The notes beneath the pieces were generated by a model that was not told the DNA's origin, did no database searches, and worked only from the letters and a program-made list of their open reading frames with translations. A stretch of 63,518 nucleotides of DNA, counting the filler, from Saprolegnia diclina VS20 (lineage: Eukaryota), in NCBI RefSeq assembly GCF_000281045.1. It is 3 parts of 2 records of this genome, joined end to end, with 100 filler letters (N's around TTAATTAATTAA, not from the genome) between each part and the next. Parts side by side here need not be neighbours in the genome. Positions count along the whole stretch, not along the records: positions 1 to 27,900 come from NW_008246131.1; positions 28,001 to 59,350 come from NW_008246131.1; 1 more part is not named here. The stretch is one strand, 5' to 3'. Positions 25,982 through 37,347 of the stretch are shown in pieces. Within the stretch, counting starts at the first letter, position 1; every line of letters begins with the position of its first letter. The position numbers and the translations under genes are program-made.

Positions 25982-27809
25982 ATGACCCGCCACCTCGACT
26001 CGTTCATCTGCCCGATCACGCACGACGTCATGGACGACCCGGTCGTGACTACCGATGGCCACTCGTACGAGCGGTCGGCTATCGAAGAGTGGATCAGTAC
26101 CAGTCGCGAGGGAGCGCCCGGCCGTCAAGTGACGAGCCCGGCGACAAACCTGCCGCTGCGCTCACTGCAGCTCATCCCGAACCTCGCGCTCAAGCGCGCC
26201 ATCGGCGAGTACCGCAGCGGTCGTTCGGTGTCTCGCGGCGCTTCGCCCGCTGCACGGGCCATCTCTCCGGTCGCGGTCGTGCCTCCTTTGCGACGGACCG
26301 AGGCGCTGCCAGAGGTCGGCTACTTTGTCTACCGCACAAACGTGGCGCTCACAGTCTACTCACGGCCCTCATTCGACCATCCCGTACACAATCGGTCGAA
26401 TGCCCGCGCCGTCACGCTGCCCGCCGGCGATCTCGTCGTCGTGACCAAGCGCGTCTATGGCTCGTCGTCCAACCACATTTTCTTGCTTCTGGCGGCGGCC
26501 AACGAGCCGGCGCTGCGCAATCGCTACATCTGCGAGCAGCAAGAACACGCGCCGTACACTGCTGTAGCGGTACGCGCGACGACGACGCCGGAGCTCAAGA
26601 CGTACGCTGCGAGCGAGGCGTCGATGTTCTTTTCGAGGCCTGCAGCCAGCCACAGCTGCCTCTTTACGCGCAACGACTTGCTCACAGTCGGCGACCTCGT
26701 GGCGTCCGACCTGCGCGTGCAAGACCCCGTGACCAACGATGTTTTCGTCCGGCTCGAGAACTGCTCCGCGTGGCTGCCGCTGCATTGCTTGCGGCGGCGC
26801 CGAGCGATCACGACCCACACCATCATCAAGGTGTCGACGCCGACGAACGTGTACCGCAACATTTACACGTGGCCTGACAGCACCGTTCTAGCGACCTTGC
26901 CGGTCAACCACCTCGTCACGACAATCTGCCACGTCATCGCAACCAACGGCGCCTTGTTTGCGCGTGTCTCGTACGACGATGTCGTTGGCTGGTGCTCTCT
27001 CGAGCCGTCGGACGTACTCTACCGATGCCCTCCGCGCGTGGCCGAGCAGGCGCCCGGTCGTTCGATCCCTGTTGCGATCCTCCAAGGCGACGAATATCTT
27101 CTCGTGCTCAACGAGGTCCAAGAAGACGGGTCGTTCACGCAGAGCTTCAAGCTCAATCTCCCAGTTGGCATGGCGCGCCAGATTGAGAACTGCATTGCGA
27201 AAGGCCGGCACGTGACGCACGCAGCGCTCGGCCCCAACGACGAGTGGTACATGAGCGGCACCAAGCCCGACGGCACTGGTGCGCACTGGTGGGCCAGCAA
27301 CGTCTCAAAAGTGTTCCTTGAAGCCGCGGCCATCAACTGCCGCGTCGCATTTGGCCAAGACGACGCCTTTGCGCTCGTTGATGATGACGACGGTCGCGTG
27401 GCCTCGTATGGCTTGCGGTACGATGTCGAGGAAGCCTTGTACAGCGCGCGCAAGGTCCACACGTTTGGCTTTGACGAAGACAATGGGTTTTTCCTCAAGC
27501 ATGCGGACGGCGTCGACACGGACAACATTGGCTACTGGTTTGAACATGACATTTTGGCAGCCAAGCCGCCGCGCGGGTACGGTCCGCTCGTGTCTGGTAT
27601 GAACGCTTGGAGATGTCAGAGGTAGTTCACATGGTACAATAGCGTCGTACTCGGAAGGCAACTACGTGGCGATCTACGAGCATTGGTTCCAGACATCAAG
27701 TGGCGTGCCGGTTGGCATGTCCGTTGCGCTCGAAGAGTTTTACAACCGACACACGGAGATGCGCAACGACCGGCGGCGGCTCATTCAGCGCTACCAAGAA
27801 CTGGCGTAG
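25982..27809 (+). CDS. U-box E3 ligase family member 4 (intact)
   Basis: U-box: FICPITHDVMDDPVV. Same architecture as member 1, sharing MARQIENCI.KGRHVTHAALGPN.EWY. Intron about 27597-27642, TAG at 27809. Confidence 0.88.
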
Positions 27810-27900
27810 GCACCAAATTCGAGTCGTCCAGCGAGCAAGTTGGCGAGCAGAGGAAGAAGAATATGACTCGTCTCTACGTAATCAGGTCACAGTGTTTTTT

Positions 27901-28000
27901 NNNNNNNNNNNNNNNNNNNNNNNNNNNNNNNNNNNNNNNNNNNNTTAATTAATTAANNNNNNNNNNNNNNNNNNNNNNNNNNNNNNNNNNNNNNNNNNNN
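27901..28000. other. Assembly gap with artificial six-frame-stop linker TTAATTAATTAA (27945-27956)
   Basis: 100-bp N spacer with a central linker identical to the one at 59395. Confidence 0.95.
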
Positions 28001-28240
28001 CCCGTGTCGAGCTTTTTGGAAGGCAACCTGCGCGAGATGACGGCCGACGACCCGACGCCGGTGCAGTCGATGCTCGTGGCCGTGGCGCCGTCGTCGCCCA
28101 TGGTGCTCCTTGGCCTCGTCTGTGTCGTCGCTGCTGCCGTCGCCATGGTCACGATGCGCCAGCGCCGCGACGAGCTCGCGCTGGACGACGCCACGTACAA
28201 GCTCTTGGCGACGCACGAAGACGCATCGGCCGCCTTTTGA
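28001..28240 (+). CDS. 3' end of a gene with a C-terminal transmembrane anchor (5' part lost in the gap)
   Basis: Coding-like frame with hydrophobic MVLLGLVCVVAAAVAMVTM followed by RQRR and YKLL; stop at 28240. Confidence 0.55.
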   Translation, partial: PVSSFLEGNLREMTADDPTPVQSMLVAVAPSSPMVLLGLVCVVAAAVAMVTMRQRRDELALDDATYKLLATHEDASAAF

Positions 28241-29502
28241 AGTCGCGGTGACGACCTTGCATACTGTACGACTACATGGTTAGCAACAATACAACTTGTA
28301 CTTTTGGTTGCTAAAAAGAAGTGTAAAAAGCGCCTTGGCGTCCGTCAGGAGAGACACGTGGAGGGTGTTCGACGGAATTCTCGCCGGCGCGCAACGCTAC
28401 GTGCGTCAAGACAGTGACTGCTTCAACAACGGTTGGCACACATATGGGCAGTGACGTCTTGGTCCGGCAAAGGCTAGTGACATTCAATTTGGTCGTAACC
28501 AGTGGGACCTCGCGATGATCAAGGTAGCATCCTCAAGTCGAGTTGCTTCCTTATAAAGAAATGAACACCTGGATCCTCCCTTGCGCCAGCATCCGCTACG
28601 TTCCCACTAGGGGTAGGTTTCGTGTCAATTGTATCAGACCCCAACGTTCTTCTCCGCGACGACGGCTTACTCAAGCAACAACAGGCAACTCACCACAGGC
28701 CCATTTGCGAATTGTCGCTCATGCCGGGTCCAACACCGTCGTGCATGGCTGGCTATGCACCGGCCGCCTCCTAGCGCCTCAACGAACGAGCCAGTACTCG
28801 GAGCGATGCATCGAACGCCACGACTGCCGCGGCGATAACCTGCAGAACGAATGAGCCTGCAAGCCAGCAAGGTGTCGCCAGCGTGATCATGCCTCTTAAG
28901 CGAGCGTGTCGAACGAACACGCTTCGTTCAACCAGAGGAGAGCAATACACTTTAGCCAATCACCGCAACTCATATCCGGGAACGGCCATAGATTCGCATC
29001 AGTACATTGGCAGGCTTTGTGGCCGTGTCATGTCGAGGCTCTAGAGTCATGACGTTGTTGCATCGTATGAGCGAGTCGGCCCAGTACGGCGTCGCCGTGG
29101 CCCATTGTCGACGGGATCACTGGCGCGTCAGCCACGAGAGCGCCGTCGAGATGGGCGCCTGCAAGGTCGCTAAACGAGCGACAACGCTACAATCGAGACA
29201 TGATGTCCAGCATTCTAGTCGCCGCGTCGTCCTCTGCGAGAGCACCTCCCGAGTGAGGTCTTCTTCTAGCGCGCACCTGCAGCCACGGCCGCATCACATC
29301 CGACGTCCGCTCGTTGCTGCGCCCATGAATTGCGCGCTTGGCTAGCTGTCACAACAGTCAGCTCGACCTCGATCAGCATCTTTGGACTCGCGCCAGCGCA
29401 CCGACTGCAGGACAAGCGCAATAAAACATTTCCGCCAATCACAGCTGAGCGGCTGATGGACGGGAGCCAATCACGCGCCACTTGGTATATTGGGTCGAGG
29501 CC

Positions 29503-32500
29503 ATGCACGCGTCCTTCGTGTGCCCCTTGACGCACCGCGTCATGGTGGACCCGGTCGTCGCCGCCGACGGCCGGTCATACGAGCGGTCGGCGATCATCGA
29601 GTGGCTCGAGACGCACGAGGCAGCGCCCGGGGCCGACGCGCCGCTGCCGTCCAAGGCGCTGCTGCCGAACCTCGCACTGCGCGACGCGATCCGCGAGGCC
29701 GCGGCCAAGGGCACCGAGCAGCTGCCGCAGACCGGGTACTTTATCTACCGCTCCTTGCGCGCCATGCACGCGTGCGCGCTGCCGTCGTTTCTGCACCGCG
29801 GGATGCTGCCAAACCGCCAGCCATTCGTGATTCCGGCCGACGAACTCGTCATTGTGACGCGGCGCGAGCGCGGCGCCGGCTGCAACGACGTCTTCTTGCG
29901 GACCGAAGGCAACATCTTCCTCTTTGAATCCGAGTTTGGCGTGCCCACCGCGGTCCGCCTCGAGCCGCTGCGCGAGCTGCGCGTCTACCGCGCGCGCAAG
30001 ATCACGAGTCTGACGCTCCGGCCCGTCAAGTTTGCCCCCTTGCCACAAACGCGCACTCTCCAGCCGGGCGAAGTCATTTCGACCGACATGTTCGTGCACG
30101 ACGCCAACGGAGTGGGCTTTGCGCGCAGCGAAAGCTCGGGTAGCTGGGTCAACACCATGTTCCTGGACCTGGTCCCGCCGCCGACGACGAAGCAGAGCTT
30201 TTGTGTACCGGCCGCCACGATGCTCTGTAGCAATTGTCTTGCCATCGACGCCCGTGTGATTAGCAGCACCGTCATACCCCCGGGCACCGTCGTTCTCGGA
30301 CAGACCGTCGTTTCGATCTCGGCGACCAAGCTCGCGGTGCGCACAACCTACTGTGGTGTGACGGGTTGGTTTGAAGTATCGCCTTCGACAGTGGTGACAG
30401 CCAGCAGCGGCGCCAGCGCTACTGTGAACTCGACGACCGACGCACCGCCCGCCAAAGTGCGACGGTTGGATGCTGCGCACGTCGCGCCGTCGTCGCAGCC
30501 GACACCCCGGCCCGTTGCAGCACCTGGTCCTCGGGATGCTCTTACGAAAGCACAGCAAAGTCAGAGCAAGGCGGCTCCAACCTCCAAACCAACCACGACC
30601 CCTGCGATACCAAAGACGCTCGGAAAGGCATCAACGGCAACACCGGTAGCGGTACGGGCAGTGACGCCAGCATCATCACCGACAATGACACCAGTCGCCA
30701 CGCCGGCAGCAAAGGCAGCACCAACGCCAGTCGCCACACCGTCGGCGTTGTTGGCTGCTACTATACCGGCAGCAACACCGTCCTCAACCCCGGCGGCCTC
30801 CCCGGCGGCTGCGCTGACCACACATCGAGCCTCGCCGGCAGCAAAAACGACGTCACGGGACACCACACCCGCAAAAGCGACGGCCGCAACCTCGACCAAG
30901 GCGCTCGAGGCCTCCCATGCGACCCCAACTCGACCTCTATCAATGGCGCCGACAACGACTGCGTCGCACTCGTTCCTGTCGCCATCCAGTGTCCGCAACA
31001 CGCTGTCGGTGCCGTCGCCAGTCAAGAGGCACTTGCAAGCGACCACCAAATCAACGGCAGCATCATCTCCATCCCCGAGCACGACCAAAGCCGCCGTGCC
31101 TGCCTCCGCTCCACAAGCGCACGCGGGTGTCTCTGGGACAAGTGTCACGGCCGCGCCCGCACCAGCCCCCGTGGGCAAAATGCCGGTTGCAAGACTGCCG
31201 ACGCCAGCGTGCACACCGACGCCGGTGACGGCGACGTTGCCACAGAAAGGCTACTTTATCTATCGCACGCTCGACCGTGTCGTGCTCTCGCGGACGCCGT
31301 CGTCGAGCGACCGCATTTTGCTGGCGTCGGGTGCGCCCCGGAGGTTGCCGCCCAATGAACTCGTCGTCGTGACGCAGCGCGTGCGGGGCGACGTCCACGC
31401 GCCCGTCTTTCTAGCGCTCGAGAGCGATGCCACCGACCCAATGTTCCTCCCCGAAGCCGTCGATGGCGTTGACGTTGCTGAGGTCGTCCTGCCGTCAAGT
31501 GATCTTGGTGTTTACGAGACGATCGCTCCAACGCCCGTGACGCGGCATCCGATGGCACCGACGTCGACGGACGCGCGTCTTCCGCCAGGCTGCCTCCTCT
31601 CGACCGACTTGCACGTCGACGACATGACGGGTGGCGAGTATGTGCGCCTCGAACACTCGACGCACTGGGTGCCACTGGCGAGTCTGCGGCCCCTCAAGAA
31701 CGCCCCCGGGCGGCATTCGTTTGTGATGGACGCCGCCACGCCGCTCGTTTCCAATGCGTACAGTGGTCTCTCGGTGCCGATTGCCGTCGTACCTCGCGGC
31801 ACAACGCTCGGTGGTCGCATCGTTGTCGACCTACCCGGTGCTTCGCAGTGTCTTGTTCGCGCTATGCACAAAGGAGCGACGGGCTGGTTCTTTGCGACGC
31901 GGCCGGCTTCGCTGCTCGCGGCAGCACCGGTCGCACCCAAGCAGTCACGAACGCCAGTCAAGCCCGAGCCGTCGTCCGATTCGGACATCGAGATTATGTC
32001 GCCGCCGACCACTCGCACAAATGAAGAGCCACCACTACCAGCACCACATGCTGCACCAACGCCTGCTCCACCAGTGCCGAGTCTGGCGCCTGCCATCCAG
32101 TCATCGCTCTCCGCCCCGCAGCCGCGCCAAGAGCCCCTCGTCTCGGTCTCCCAGCAGCGCCACACGGCGGCTTCCGCGCCACGGCGGTCGCGGAAAGCAG
32201 CCGCGTCCAAGGCCCGTCGGGTACCACCGCCCGTCGAGGTGGTGCCGCCCGGACGGCAGCTCAAGGTTGTGCTGCGCGGCGGCTACTACGCGGTGCTGCA
32301 CACGCCGGTGAATGGTCGCAGTACGATCCTTGGCGAGTACTTGCCGCTCCCGCTCAGCGAGCGCATTGGCCAAGTGTGCTTCATGGGCCACTGCATCACG
32401 CATCTGGCGCTGTCGCCCGACGACGCTTGGTACTTGAGTCTCGAGCGCAGCGCCGGTGCCGCCTACACGATCGTGAGCCCGGCTGCGAACGAGTATGTCC

Positions 32501-33585
32501 GCCACCACGCCAAGCCCAAGATGCGCATCGCCTTTGCGAACGGCCGCATCGTGCTCGCCCCCGAGGCGGGCCCGGCGCTCTCGCGCGGATTTGCCGGCTC
32601 GATCCTCCAGCGACGACTCTCGTCGTCCAAGAAGGTCGACATTTTGGCCATGGACGACGACGGCAGTGTCTTTATGCAAGACGCGCTCGGGCACGTCGCC
32701 CACGGTCTCTCGCAGGTACTGTTCGACACGATTCTCGAGCCATCGCCGGTCGGCGGCGGCGCTCTCGTGGACGGTACGTGCGACTGTTGGTGCATTCGGT
32801 AGTCGATGTTGCTCCTAGTCGTGCTTTCCAACGACAAGTACGTGCTGCTGTACGAACACACGTTTCGAGCGAGTCCTGCTGTCCCGAGCGTCGTCATCAA
32901 TCTGCTCCATAACGCCTACGGCAAGCCAGGCAACGACGGCGAGTCGACGCTGGATCCGGTGACGACTCTGGGGTCGAGACCGCCAACAACAGTCGCGGCC
33001 CCGAGTACTGCGGCGACGGATTCCGAGGAATCGGGGCCCAATGTGCAAGAAGAACCGGGCGCTGTCCCCGATGTCAAGCCCGAACCTACGCTGCATGCGT
33101 CGTCCGAAATGACACACGCATTGGACATCGCGCAAGGATCGAAGGCCGAGCCAGACCCTGCTGCAGCCAAAGACATGGCGTCACTGCCTCATCCTGCGAG
33201 CCCGCCGCCGTCTCGACCTGCTAACCCGATCGTCGTTGGTCAGGAAGACGAATCTCCTGGTACGCGCTGCGCGGACGCTGCATCGACGCCGTCCACCGCC
33301 GTCGACGACGCATCGGTGTCAGTGGTCGATGCTGCCATTATCAAGGCAGAAGTACCAAACGTCCCGCCACCACCCAGTACCGTCAAGCAAGAACCAAGTG
33401 CGTTTGAGTTTGTTCCATCGACGCCGTCGCCGCCACTGTCGCCCGCGAAGGCTGCAAGCCCGTCGGCGTTGCCGGCAATGAAAGCCAGTCCGACGCCGCC
33501 ACCAGCGCCGGTCTTTGGTCGGTTGCACGCCAGCCTTCTCGCTTCGTTTGAAGAAGACGACATTGATGTTTGGAGCATTTCCTAG
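29503..33585 (+). CDS. U-box family member 5, expanded (U-box, SH3-like triplet, T/P/A-rich linker, second triplet, repeat domain, Pro-rich tail)
   Basis: U-box: FVCPLTHRVMVDPVV. LPQTGYFIYR and LPQKGYFIYR start two copies of the module. HCITHLALSPDDAWY. Intron 32774-32818 at the same position as in the paralogs. TAG at 33585. Confidence 0.85.
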
Positions 33586-33612
33586 TTCAATAAGAGTACA
33601 AATCGTGTACCC

Positions 33613-33800
33613 TTACTCGCATGGATCAAAACGTCGGCAACATCTGCGTGTCCCCGCTGCGACGCCAGCATGAGCACCGTCATGCCCTCCATCTATCACA
33701 CGCATAAGGTTAGTGAACGTTGCATGGATGACGCGTCGCACGTTCGCGTCGGCCTGGTTCTGGAGAAGCGCCTGCACGACGACTGCGGCTTGGCCTTCAG
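33613..33800 (-). pseudogene. Ankyrin-repeat gene remnant
   Basis: VVVQALLQNQADANV followed, after an intron-like break, by GMTVLMLASQRGHADVADVLI; no complete gene is evident. Confidence 0.5.
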
Positions 33801-34037
33801 GATGCGAGTATGGCTTTGTCTGTGGGCAACAAACACCCACACCGCACCAATACCTAACCCTCCGGTACTCTCAAAAACTCAACAACTAGCTGCTCAAGCA
33901 ACCACCGCCAACCTTCCTGACTGTCGATCGACAAACGACTCGGCAAACCCCTTCTCCATGTCGTACCTTTGGACTAAAGTCGATCACTAATCGAACTCGT
34001 CGTAAAAAAGAGCAATTTGGTATTAGGACGATATTGC

Positions 34038-36485
34038 TCAGCCGAGGAGGTTGCCGTCGAGGATTTCAAAACGGTAGTTGGCGTCGTGGGCGTACTCGGG
34101 CACAACGTCGTCGGCTTCGCGCGTATATATCTTGGAGCTCAAGAACGCTTGACGCTTGAGCTGCGCGCGCACCTCCATCGAGTAGTTGCGCTCCATGAAG
34201 GCGAAAATGACATAGCGCAAAAAGAGCATGAGCGCAAAGAAGGCCAGAAACAAGAGGAGGCGGTCGTACGCCTCGAGACTCTCAAAGACGCCCGAGGTAT
34301 ACACCATGACGTAGCCGTTGGTCGCGATCGCAATCGTGGCTAGAATGTCGAGCACGGTGATCCACGCGCCCATGTTGGCCACCGGGCGCGGCATCGGGCG
34401 GCGATAGTCGGTGAGGAGCCGGTACGCGTCAATGCGGATCTCGAGCACATTGTTCAGCAACGAAAAGATTGGTGTGGCGGGGAACGCGCCGACAAAGAGG
34501 ACCGTAAAGCCAAACTGCAGTACGAGCTCGAGGTAGTCGTTGTACGTCCCGCGCCAGCCATAGTCGTTGAGGAAGAACTGCCGCTCGACCGGGTGATGCA
34601 CCTGCGTGTTGCTCGACGTGTGCGCTTGGCAGCGCGCAAGCCAAATAAAGACCCGCGGCAGAAGCACTTCTTGGATGTTGCCGGCAATGAGCTGCGTCCC
34701 AAAGATGATGACGAGCGTCGTCCGGAGCTCTTGGAGGCAGTCGCCGTTCTCGCAGTAGTCGTCGAGGCTCGACTTGATAAACGTTATGTAAAAGAGCGCG
34801 GCAAAGTTGTTGACAAAGTGAAAGATGATGCTCTTGAGGATGAACGAGCCTTCGTGCGCCGACTCGGTCGCATGGTTCTCAAAGTCGTTCATGCGCATGC
34901 ACACGCGGTCGTAGATCTCGGCCATGAGCGCAATCTGGATCACGTTCGTGAGCGACGCGGCCGTGCCGCCATAGTAGAAACGCGTGCCATTGTTGCCCAT
35001 CGCCAGCGCAAACGTCTCCTTGTGCGACACGGCCATGTAGTACCGGAGGTAGAACGTAAACGAGACGAGCACGAGGACGGCGAGCACGAGAAGCAGCAGC
35101 ACGAGCCAGCTCTGGAGCATGCGCTTCCGCTGCTCCTTGCGGTCAAAGTACAAGATGGGCTTGCCCGTGATCGGCGACGGCACGAGCGTCCCGACAAACT
35201 GCGGGCGCGGCCGCTCTTCTTCCGTGTAGTCGGTCGTACCCCACTGCATCGCGAGCCGCGCGTTGTAGCGCTTCCAATACTCGAGCATGCACGTGGACCA
35301 GAGCACCATAAAGACGCTAAAGCCGCAGACGAGCACTTGGAGCCAGTGGGCGCCGAGCGAGAGCGTGAAGCCGTCGTAGAGCGGGACGTTGTTGAGGACC
35401 TCGAGGAGCCAAATGAGACTGCCAATAAGGCCGGCCGAGACGAGCCAGCTCGCATAATGCCCGAGAAACGCAAAGTAGAGCCCAATCTTGGGGCCAAAGT
35501 ACCCCGCGATCTGGTCGATCGGCTGCGCAAACATCTTGCGCCGGTGGATCCACGCTTCGTAGAGCGCCGTCTTCTCCGCCGTGTTGTGCAGCGGAAAGGA
35601 CGCGACGATCGTGCCGCTTTCTTCGAGCTTGGCGAGGTCGAGGCCCGCGCCGCCGCCATTCGCATTGGTGAGAATGCTCTCGATGAGGCAGATGCGCTCG
35701 ACGCCCGAGAAGAAGTGGCCGGACGCCGGGTCGCGCGCGTAGAGATGCTGCATGTCGGGACGCTCCGTGTACGTCATGTGGATATACTCGTACGGCGAGA
35801 GCTTGTACTGGCCGAGCGTGTCTTCAATGTGGAAGGGCGCAATGTGCGCGTCCGGGTACCCGGCGAGCGCCGTCGCCCGCAGCGCGTCCGCGTCCATGAG
35901 CCGCGAAATGTCGATGCGGTCGGCTTCGTGCTTGAGGAGAGCAAAGGACGCGCGGACTTGGCAGAGAATGTACGGCGCAATGTCGCTGGACTCGTCCTTG
36001 GACGAGTAGAAGAGCCGCAGCTCGAGACCCGACTTGTGGATGCGATGGCACATGTCTTCGATGCTCAAGTGTTCGTTGGACGTGCGGAAGGCGTCGAGCA
36101 CGTTGGTGATGCCGGTCGTGTCGAGGACGGTCGTAATGCCCGTCGTTATGCCTGTCGTGATGGTGTCGTGCGCGACCGAGATGCCACTGGTGATGCCATC
36201 GCGCGCCGCTTGCAGGTGCGGCAAGACGTGCGTGTGGATGGGCGCGCCGAGGTTGACGCTCGGAAGGTTGGCCATCGCACCGTGCAGCTTGGCCGCGAGG
36301 CCCTCGGCGGCGGGCGCGTCCACGGGCACGTTCGGGAACACGATCGCGTAGTCCCAGCCGTAGCCGTCGCGGAGGAAGAAGTCGTCGTCCTGCGCCTTGA
36401 TCGAGACGCACGTGTGGCCCTTGTTGAGAAGCGGCTCGCCATCGAGCGTCATCTCGTCCAGCGGGATGCTACCGTACGTGGCCAT
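34038..36485 (-). CDS. Anoctamin/TMEM16 family protein, intronless
   Basis: QPIDQIAGYFGPKIGLYFAFLGHY, LEYWKR, FENH, DYLELVLQFGF..F..AFP..SLLNNVLEIRIDAY. Confidence 0.93.
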   Translation of the reverse strand: MATYGSIPLDEMTLDGEPLLNKGHTCVSIKAQDDDFFLRDGYGWDYAIVFPNVPVDAPAAEGLAAKLHGAMANLPSVNLGAPIHTHVLPHLQAARDGITSGISVAHDTITTGITTGITTVLDTTGITNVLDAFRTSNEHLSIEDMCHRIHKSGLELRLFYSSKDESSDIAPYILCQVRASFALLKHEADRIDISRLMDADALRATALAGYPDAHIAPFHIEDTLGQYKLSPYEYIHMTYTERPDMQHLYARDPASGHFFSGVERICLIESILTNANGGGAGLDLAKLEESGTIVASFPLHNTAEKTALYEAWIHRRKMFAQPIDQIAGYFGPKIGLYFAFLGHYASWLVSAGLIGSLIWLLEVLNNVPLYDGFTLSLGAHWLQVLVCGFSVFMVLWSTCMLEYWKRYNARLAMQWGTTDYTEEERPRPQFVGTLVPSPITGKPILYFDRKEQRKRMLQSWLVLLLLVLAVLVLVSFTFYLRYYMAVSHKETFALAMGNNGTRFYYGGTAASLTNVIQIALMAEIYDRVCMRMNDFENHATESAHEGSFILKSIIFHFVNNFAALFYITFIKSSLDDYCENGDCLQELRTTLVIIFGTQLIAGNIQEVLLPRVFIWLARCQAHTSSNTQVHHPVERQFFLNDYGWRGTYNDYLELVLQFGFTVLFVGAFPATPIFSLLNNVLEIRIDAYRLLTDYRRPMPRPVANMGAWITVLDILATIAIATNGYVMVYTSGVFESLEAYDRLLLFLAFFALMLFLRYVIFAFMERNYSMEVRAQLKRQAFLSSKIYTREADDVVPEYAHDANYRFEILDGNLLG

Positions 36486-37347
36486 GTGCACGGCTGGCAG
36501 CGAGTCCTTCAATGACCACAATCATGGGCAGTTCTGAAAATTGTATCAAGCCCGCTCGCCCTCCATCTAGAAACACCCAACTCGACGGCCTTGCCATATC
36601 AATGTCGACCGGTGAGCTAGAGCATGGCTGTACCGCTTCAAGCGCTGCACCTGCGCGTCGTTATAGCGGGCTGTATGCACACGCACGAGGCGAAATGGCA
36701 CGGTATGCCAACGAGCTTGGACGTAGAGTTGCGTGCGACTAGTATATTGCCAGCCGCTGTTGTCGATCGAATATCAGTTGGGGCATATGAGAAAGGCAGC
36801 GGGACATGCTGTTCAGAGGCATGCTCCTTGCTCTTCTCGAAGCTCTGGGAGGGCGCGGGCATGGAGGCGCAGTGGAGGCTACTCCTACCTCGTCTTTGCT
36901 GCTGCAGCGATGCGCTGCCGACGAGGCAACTGCGCCATCCAAGTCGATGCCATCGAGGACAAGAGACGGAACGCACGCGAGCAATTCAGCGCTGCCAACT
37001 GAACTGTCAAAGCATGGAACGTCTCGCTCGAGCTCACAAGCGGTCGAGATGACCTCGACAAGGCCAAGACAAGATGCTCTCGGCTACGCACCGATCAAAT
37101 GCCCTATGTACTAGTACAGTAGAGAGCAGTATTTCATTCTCGAGGTGCTGGGTGATCTATAGCGCCTCCAAGCCATGGCCGACCCATCAATACGAGATGA
37201 GCTCAAGAAGCCCGAGGAGGATGGCAGCACAGTAGTGTCGGCGTTCGATGTCATTGCGAGCGTTCGCAATATGAAAGGTTGCGTGGATATAGCCAAGTCG
37301 ATTGTGTATCCGGATGTCCGGATAAAAGAAATCATTGATACTTGAAC

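Noticed and set aside
27945..27956. TTAATTAATTAA palindrome, also at 59395-59406
   Set aside because: Centred in identical 100-bp N spacers and encodes stops in all six frames; an assembly linker, not biology.
34593..36515. Long antisense ORFs (640 aa here, 808 aa at 54928-57354, 544 aa at 40666-42300)
   Set aside because: Shadow ORFs opposite real genes, caused by GC3-rich codon bias.
37175..37345. Short ORF MADPSIRDELKK as the start of the downstream gene
   Set aside because: It ends in a stop near 37345; ATG 37348 gives a cleaner splice model. It may be a remnant but cannot be assigned.
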